Assembly: GCA_002269645.1 (NCBI GenBank)
Contig: NIVC01001522.1
Coordinates: forward strand, 62,001 to 126,000
Length of the DNA: 64,000 nucleotides
Reading direction: 5' to 3'
From: Macrostomum lignano
Taxonomy: Eukaryota
Both the position numbers and the translations under genes were made by a program. This document shows positions 58,701 through 64,000 of the stretch, piece by piece. Positions within the stretch are counted from its first letter, which is position 1. Each line of letters opens with the position of its first letter. The notes under the pieces are model-generated. The model was not told the DNA's origin, did no database searches, and saw only the letters and a list, made by a program, of their open reading frames with translations.

Positions 58701-58890
58701 GTCAGTGCGGCGTCTATTTCATTTCCGTTGTCAGGCGTTGCTAAGGACTCTGGTAGGACATCCGTCGTTAGCGCGTCAACTGCGGTGGATGTTGCGGGCG
58801 GCGCCGCTGTCGCCGGAGGAGGAAGCGACGAAGAAGCTGGAAGCGACGTTGAAGGTCTAGAAGACTCTGAGGATGGCGAAGATTCCGAGG
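49704..58890 (+). CDS. KIF21: Kinesin-4 family KIF21-like motor, probably 3'-partial. Exons: 49704..49756, 50161..50340, 50418..50460, 51348..51530, 52220..52270, 54268..54360, 54942..55559, 57811..58009, 58405..58890 (or to stop 58928).
   Basis: SVRVAVRVRPQ..KEKIE..ICTSV...[12 protein letters not shown]; P-loop FAYGQ|[11 protein letters not shown]; LYNE; switch [13 protein letters not shown]; switch [46 protein letters not shown]; [23 protein letters not shown]; neck and coil YRT|GKRVV...ENSMLQAEN...[14 protein letters not shown], which is KIF21-specific. All junctions are GT-AG and keep frame. Confidence 0.93.
49803..50118 (+). mobile_element. tRNA-head SINE with Deu/Nin-like central domain in KIF21 intron 1
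   Basis: A-box-like TAGCCTACTGG (49812) and B-box-like GGTTCAATTC (49856). TGTGTCCTTGAGCAAGACACTT (49886-49907) and CACCCAGCTGTAAAATGGG (49930-49948) resemble the Deu-domain consensus. ATT-type tail. Confidence 0.6.
50550..51310. repeat. 34-bp minisatellite (GATCTCGCCGCTATCCAGTTATTTAGGGTCGTTT) with 177-bp higher-order repeat, in KIF21 intron 3
   Basis: The variant GATTTAGCC recurs at 50755, 50932 and 51109. Confidence 0.92.
51630..52130. repeat. 28/34-bp minisatellite (CCTCCCAGATCCTCAGTTGCTGGGCCAG) in KIF21 intron 4
   Basis: Direct reading. A 90-bp higher-order period gives the 30-aa ORF repeat. Confidence 0.92.
52900..53630. repeat. Polypyrimidine tract with a 21-bp core array (CCTCCTCCCCTCTTTCCTATC, ~53070-53485) in KIF21 intron 5
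   Basis: Direct reading. Confidence 0.93.
54366..54880. repeat. 23-bp minisatellite (CATGAGAATCGCCCTTCCATCTC) filling KIF21 intron 6
   Basis: Starts about 5 nt after the donor at 54361. The 23-aa ORF period equals 3 units. Confidence 0.95.
55722..56424. repeat. Telomere-like CCCTAACCTAAAACCTA tract, interrupted by the SINE
   Basis: CCCTAA/CCTAAAA variants at 55722-55767 and 56131-56424. Confidence 0.8.
55768..56130 (+). mobile_element. tRNA-derived SINE, CpG-intact copy, in KIF21 intron 7
   Basis: Head GGGGGCCGTAGCCCAGCGGTCTAGCGC...GGCTCGATTCC carries A and B boxes. Ends AATAAA. Candidate TSD CCCTAACCTA at 55758-55767 and 56134-56143. Same family as 42389-42747. Confidence 0.88.
56985..57770. 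repeat. 21-bp minisatellite (GGATAGGTCAGTGAGTCACAT) in KIF21 intron 7
   Basis: Direct reading, with 7-aa periodicity. Confidence 0.95.
58085..58280. repeat. Diverged ~36-bp tandem repeat (GGTATCAAGTTCCCGTGAATGACTCAAAG..), ~5 copies, in KIF21 intron 8
   Basis: The TGAATGACT motif recurs about five times. Confidence 0.75.
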
Positions 58891-59537
58891 GTGAGATAGG
58901 CGTACTTTTAATTGTACTAATTAGCTGACGAGGCATTAATATCGGAATAGATACTCCCGCCGTTTACCCAACATGCAACATAATTTTCGCTTATTAATCT
59001 TTATTTGTCATCCATCGTGCAACAGTTTAATAATAATCATAGTAATAATCTACAGAAAACATTCAACACTAATTAGCTGACGAAGCATTTTTATTACTTG
59101 ATTACAGTCAGCTGCTCCCGCCGTTTGCCCTGCAACTTTCTATTAGAAAAACAACGCGGCGCGTGCATTGTTTCTCCTCGTGTTGTCAGTTGAACGGGGG
59201 GGCATTAAATAATCGATTCCGATAATGATCGATCGACAGAAGCAGAAATGCACACGCCGCTTGAGAGGGCAGGTCTTGACTTTAGCCAAAAACACATGGT
59301 TTGGATCGCGTGCCTGTCTTACCCAATGCCCCAGTCCAGGGTAGCAAATGTGCGGAGGGGGTGTGGTGTGTTTGTCGGATTTAATAAAAGCTTCTTCTAC
59401 GATCTAATCTTATTCACTCTCTTCTGTGTGTCTCCTCTCTGTCCCCTGCGTTGCATATTCATACACACGCATATATACACAATATAATCTGAATTGCTGC
59501 GTTGGAAAAGCGGAAACACAAACAGCACAGCAACAAA

Positions 59538-62500
59538 ATGTCAACTACGAAAGAGGCGGAGTCTTCCGTTGACGATCGGCATCTGTCTTGTCTAGCCGAC
59601 GGTCTGCCACTGTCACCGCTGCCGCCTCCATACGAGCCCGACCCAAGCCTGCCCCATGCTCCAGTCCGCCGTGGCAACCGTCTGAACCGTCGGGACAAAC
59701 GCCTGGCCGTACGCAACGCGCTGCGCTATTTCCCAGCCGAGCTGCACAGCCTTCTGGCTGGCGAGTTTGCCGCCGAGCTGACCAAATACGGGCATATTTA
59801 TATGTACCGGTTCAAGCCCAGGTTCCCCATTAGGGCCTACCCTGTGCAGCTGTATCCGGGCAAGAGCTTGGCTGGTCGCGTCATTATGCTAATGATCTGC
59901 AATAATTTAGACCCGGCAGTGGCTCAATTCCCCGAAGAGCTTGTCACGTATGGCGGCAATGGTCAGGTGTTCTCTAATTGGGCCCAATTTTGGGTTACTA
60001 TGCGGTATCTAGCCGAGCTGACCGAGCAGAGTACGCTAACACTGCACAGCGGCCATCCTATGGGTCTGTTTCCTAGCGGCCCGGAGTCGCCAAGGATGAT
60101 TGTCACCAACGGTATGATGGTGCCGAACTACTCAACTGCGGCTGGCTACGAGAGACTGTTCGCCTTGGGGGTCACCCAGTACGGTCAGATGACTGCGGGC
60201 AGCTTCTGCTATATTGGACCGCAGGTGAGGAGATGCGCTGACTGTTACAGGTGTGCTTGTGTATTAGTATTAGTATTGTGTATTAGTAATATTGGTATTC
60301 GCGTGATCTGCGTATGGGTTTGTCACGTGACCTGTCCTGTTATTAGATTTGATCACGTGACCTATCTTGTCAGTAGGTTTTATCACATGACCTATCGCAT
60401 GGTAGATTTCATCATGTGATTTATCTTGTCCACTAGATTTTATCACGTGACCTCTCTTGTCAGTAGATTTTATCACGTGACCTATCTTGTCCACTAGATT
60501 TTATCACGTGACTTATCTTGTCCACTAGATTTTATCACGTGACCTATCCTGTCATTAGATTTTATCGCGTAACCTTTATTGTCCATAAATTTTATCACGT
60601 GACATATCATCTCAGTAAGGGTTTATCACGTGACTAGATTTGCATCACGTGATCTAATAGTTTGTTATATTTTTCGCTACTTCAATCTTAAATGAATCCA
60701 TTAATATAAAACTGCTAAGCTCGTAGAAATGTCCCTAATATCAGTAATGATATTTCTTATGCTCTACTGATGTCAGTAGCTAATCTAGCCCCTACGATAT
60801 TTTTTCAATCATATCCTTGCAATTCAGGGTATCGTTCACGGCACCACATTGACGTTGTTAAACGCCGGACGTCGAATGCTTTCAACCACCGGAGGAGGCC
60901 AAGCGGCCAATTCGGACAATTCATTGTTGGCTGGCCGAGTTTTTGTCAGCAGCGGCCTTGGCGGCATGAGCGGCGCTCAGGCTAAAGCCGCCGTTATCTG
61001 CGGCTGCGTTGGCGTCATTGCCGAGGTGTCCGAGGAGGCCCTGGCCAAACGGCATCGTCAGGGCTGGCTGGACGAGCGCTCGGACAGTTTGGACGATCTG
61101 ATCGAGCGGATTCAACGGCATCGAGCCGCTGGTAAAGGCGTATCAATCGGTTACCATGGCAACGTGGTTGACGTTTGGGAACGCCTGGTTGAAGTGCACG
61201 TGACCACGGGGGAGTCCCTGGTTGATCTGGGATCGGATCAGACCTCCTGCCACAATCCGTTTCTGGGCGGTTACTACCCGGTGGGAGTCGAGTACGAGGA
61301 GGCCAGGTAAGAATTATTGTGTTAAATGTGTATTCAGCACATGAATTTGTACACAATGAACTGTACATGTACAGCACATGAGCGGTGTACACAAAGAACT
61401 GTACATGTACAGCACATGAGCTGTGTACACAATAAATTGTACATGTACATGTACAGCACGAGCTGCGTACACAATGAACTGTACATGTACAGCACATGAG
61501 CTGTGTACACAATGAACTAATTGTACATGTACAGCACATGAGCTGTGTGCAAAATGAGCTGTACATGTGCAACACATGAACACATTCAATCTTACATGTA
61601 CTCAATCGCTCGCTTAAGTTTGCATTGCTTACGCGCACCCAAAATTAGTGTGTTTTCGGTTGCGCAACCAATGCACATTGTTTGGCTTTGTTCATCATCG
61701 CAAGCATCACCAACCCCCCATCCGCAGACGCATGATGGACAGTCAGCCGGATCAGTTCCGCTTACTTGTCGAAGCCAGCTTACGTCGTCAAATCGAAGCC
61801 ATCAATTATCTAAGCGAAAAGTGCAGCGTGTACTTTTTCGACTACGGCAACGCGTTTCTATTGCAAGCGTCTCGTGCTGGGGCGGACGTCCTTGCCGTCA
61901 AGGATGTCGGAGTTGACGACAAGGACGACGAGCAACTGGACGAGAGCGAGTCGTCATCCAGCAGCAGGCCGCCAAGCTTTCGCTATCCATCCTACGTGCA
62001 GGACATCATGGGCGACATTTTCTCGCTGGGATTTGGCCCGTTCAGATGGGTCTGCGCCTCTGGCTTGGCCGCCGATCTCAAGCTGACCGACAGGCTGGCT
62101 AGCGAGGTCCTGGACTCGCTCGCCAGTGAGCCCAGCCTGCCCGAGTGCATTGCGCAACAGTATCTGGACAATCGGCGCTGGATTATAGAGGCCGATTCGC
62201 ATCAGCTGGTGGTCGGGTCTCAAGCCCGGATATTGTACTCCGATCTGTCTGGCAGGCTGGCTTTGGCCAATGCTTTCAACTGTGCCGTTAGCGACGGCCG
62301 GCTGTCCGGTCCTGTGGTGCTCAGTCGGGATCATCACGACGTGTCCGGTACGGACAGTCCGTTCCGAGAGACTAGCAATGTGTATGACGGCTCGGCTGTG
62401 TGCGCCGATATGGCCGTGCACAATGCCCTGGGCGACGCTTGCCGCGGTGCCACCTGGGTTGCGCTGCACAATGGCGGCGGCACCGGCTGGGGTCAGGCGG

Positions 62501-62733
62501 TCAATGGCGGCTTCGGTTTGGTGCTGGATGGCAGTCAGGAGGCTGGGGAGGCGGCCAAGCGGGTTCTGCACTGGGATGTCAGCAATGGGATCGCCAGGCG
62601 CTGCTGGTCCGGGCACCCGCTGGCCAGGCTGGCAGCTGGCAGGGCTCAGGCTGAGTGGCCAGACGGTCAGATGCAGCTGACAGTGCCTAGTGTGGCTAGC
62701 GATCAGCTGATCGATGCCCTGTTTATCGATTGA
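59538..62733 (+). CDS. UROC1: Urocanate hydratase (eukaryote-type urocanase). Exons: 59538..60224, 60828..61306, 61728..62733, ~723 aa.
   Basis: NALRYFP..H..LA.EFA.EL..YGHIYMYRF; NNLDPAVAQFPEELVTYGGNGQVFSNWAQF; GQMTAGSFCYIGPQ|GIVHGTTLTLLNAGR; SSGLGGMSGAQAKA; SDQTSCHNP; FFDYGNAFL; GFGPFRWVC; SRDHHDVSGTDSPFRETSN; WVALHNGGGTGWG. Junctions are GT-AG and keep frame. Confidence 0.96.
60320..60655. repeat. ~31-bp minisatellite carrying TCACGTGA palindromes, in UROC1 intron 1
   Basis: Nine perfect TCACGTGA copies counted between 60323 and 60652. Confidence 0.9.
61340..61600. repeat. ~38-bp minisatellite (TGTACATGTACAGCACATGAGCTGTGTACACAATGAAC) in UROC1 intron 2
   Basis: Direct reading. Confidence 0.88.
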
Positions 62734-63759
62734 TCGATTGATGGAAAAAATCGATCTTGAATTTCACTATTGATTGACACTGACACTACGCTGTAGTGCA
62801 TGGGTTTCCGTTGGTAGCTTCCTTAATAACTGTCTAATTCCAAGTTTTCTTCTCAAATTCCAATTGTGTCTATTCCTAGTGTATAAAGTTATTATCGATA
62901 CATATCGTGGATTGAGTTAATACTCTTTTATTCTACTGCAAGGGCCAGAAAACTTTTTTTTCAACTCAAGGGGCCCATATTGAGCATCTAGGCTCATGAC
63001 TGCGGGACAAATGAGAGGAGATGAGATAAGAGATTAGAGAAAAAGAAGAGATGAGATTAGAGATTAGAGAAAATTCGAATGAGATGAGAGATAACAGAGC
63101 TGAGAAGAGACACAAATATTAAGCGAGTCGGATTGCTATTGTGAAGTTTCAAAGGACCCAAGGGTCGAATAGAAAGGCTTCTACAGAGTTTTACAGTCAA
63201 TTCTCTTTAAAGAAAACATTTCCTAGTGTAAAAAGTGATTTGCGATACATATCGTAATAGAGTTACTTCTCCATTCTGAAAAAGATTCAGTAGATCACTT
63301 TTCAATTCGGAATTTCATTAATTGGTTAAAATTGATTTCCTAATTCAATACGTGGATGAAGGTATTTCGGTAACAAGTTAACTCTAAAAAACGATTTAGT
63401 AAACTTTTTTTAATTTATCTTAAGTTTTTAAACTACTTAAAGTAGTGAAACTTTAAAGAATAAATAAAGCTGATTAACTCGTGTACCCTACTAATGCGAA
63501 CTTTACTATGTGCAACTGATAAGTTTGGCGTTTTATTGTGCCGAAAGAAATATTTCGTACGCATTGAATGGAACCGTTCTCATATATGCTGCCTGATCAC
63601 CATGACTACAAGCAACAACTTGTGTGCATGTAATTGAACAGCCGTTTAATTTGATTAAGAGTTGCAATGATACGGCTCCTATGCTCACCAAAAATATTTT
63701 TCTTCATGAGCAACAGTCTATCTATTTGGTCTATCCATCATTCATTCATAGACAACAAT

Positions 63760-64000
63760 CTACCTTTCATGCGTAACCATCTGCCATCATGAAAAAAATC
63801 TACCCATCATGAACAGAAATCTACCCATCATGAACAGAAACCTACCCATCATGAACAGAAGTCTACCCATCATGAACAGAAACCTACCCATCATGAACAG
63901 AAACCTACCCATCATAAACAGAAATCTACCCATCATGAACAGAAACCTACCTATCATGAACAGAAATCTACCCATCATGACCAGAAACCTACCCATCATA
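63760..64000. repeat. 21-bp minisatellite (ATGAACAGAAACCTACCCATC) running off the window end
   Basis: Direct reading. Confidence 0.92.

Noticed and set aside
61954-62616. 220-aa antisense ORF and other ORFs overlapping UROC1, KIF21, ARNT and eRF1 exons
   Set aside because: Shadow ORFs of GC-rich coding exons.

Overview
This is a eukaryotic (metazoan) genomic window. The mix of GC-rich exons, AT-rich spacers and minisatellite-filled introns resembles the flatworm Macrostomum; that assignment is an inference from style and was not checked by a search. Four spliced genes could be built by hand with GT-AG junctions that keep frame. On the minus strand are a divergent 5-exon eRF1 (ETF1-like) gene (30638-33914) and a 5-exon ARNT/tango bHLH-PAS gene (35923-40577). 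On the plus strand are a KIF21-type kinesin-4 (49704 to at least 58890, probably continuing past the window) and a 3-exon urocanate hydratase (59538-62733), which may lie inside a kinesin intron on the same strand. The first 30 kb has no recognisable host gene. It holds about 13 unrelated tandem arrays, an RTE-like LINE fragment, and a truncated Ty3/Gypsy element with LTR, PBS, gag, protease, partial RT and an intact-looking -1 frameshift signal (slippery heptamer plus pseudoknot). The ARNT-KIF21 spacer contains a CpG-depleted domain full of decayed SINE and DNA-transposon relics. Most long ORFs in the supplied track are artefacts of tandem repeats. The most notable observations are: (1) an intact eRF1 with an altered stop-codon-reading N domain (TASNIKS to AAGNIKS, S70A, G73W); (2) a sharply bounded CpG-decay domain, shown by two copies of one SINE; (3) the probable same-strand nested urocanase, with an intronic array of nine TCACGTGA E-boxes; (4) a different minisatellite or SINE in every intron over 100 bp.
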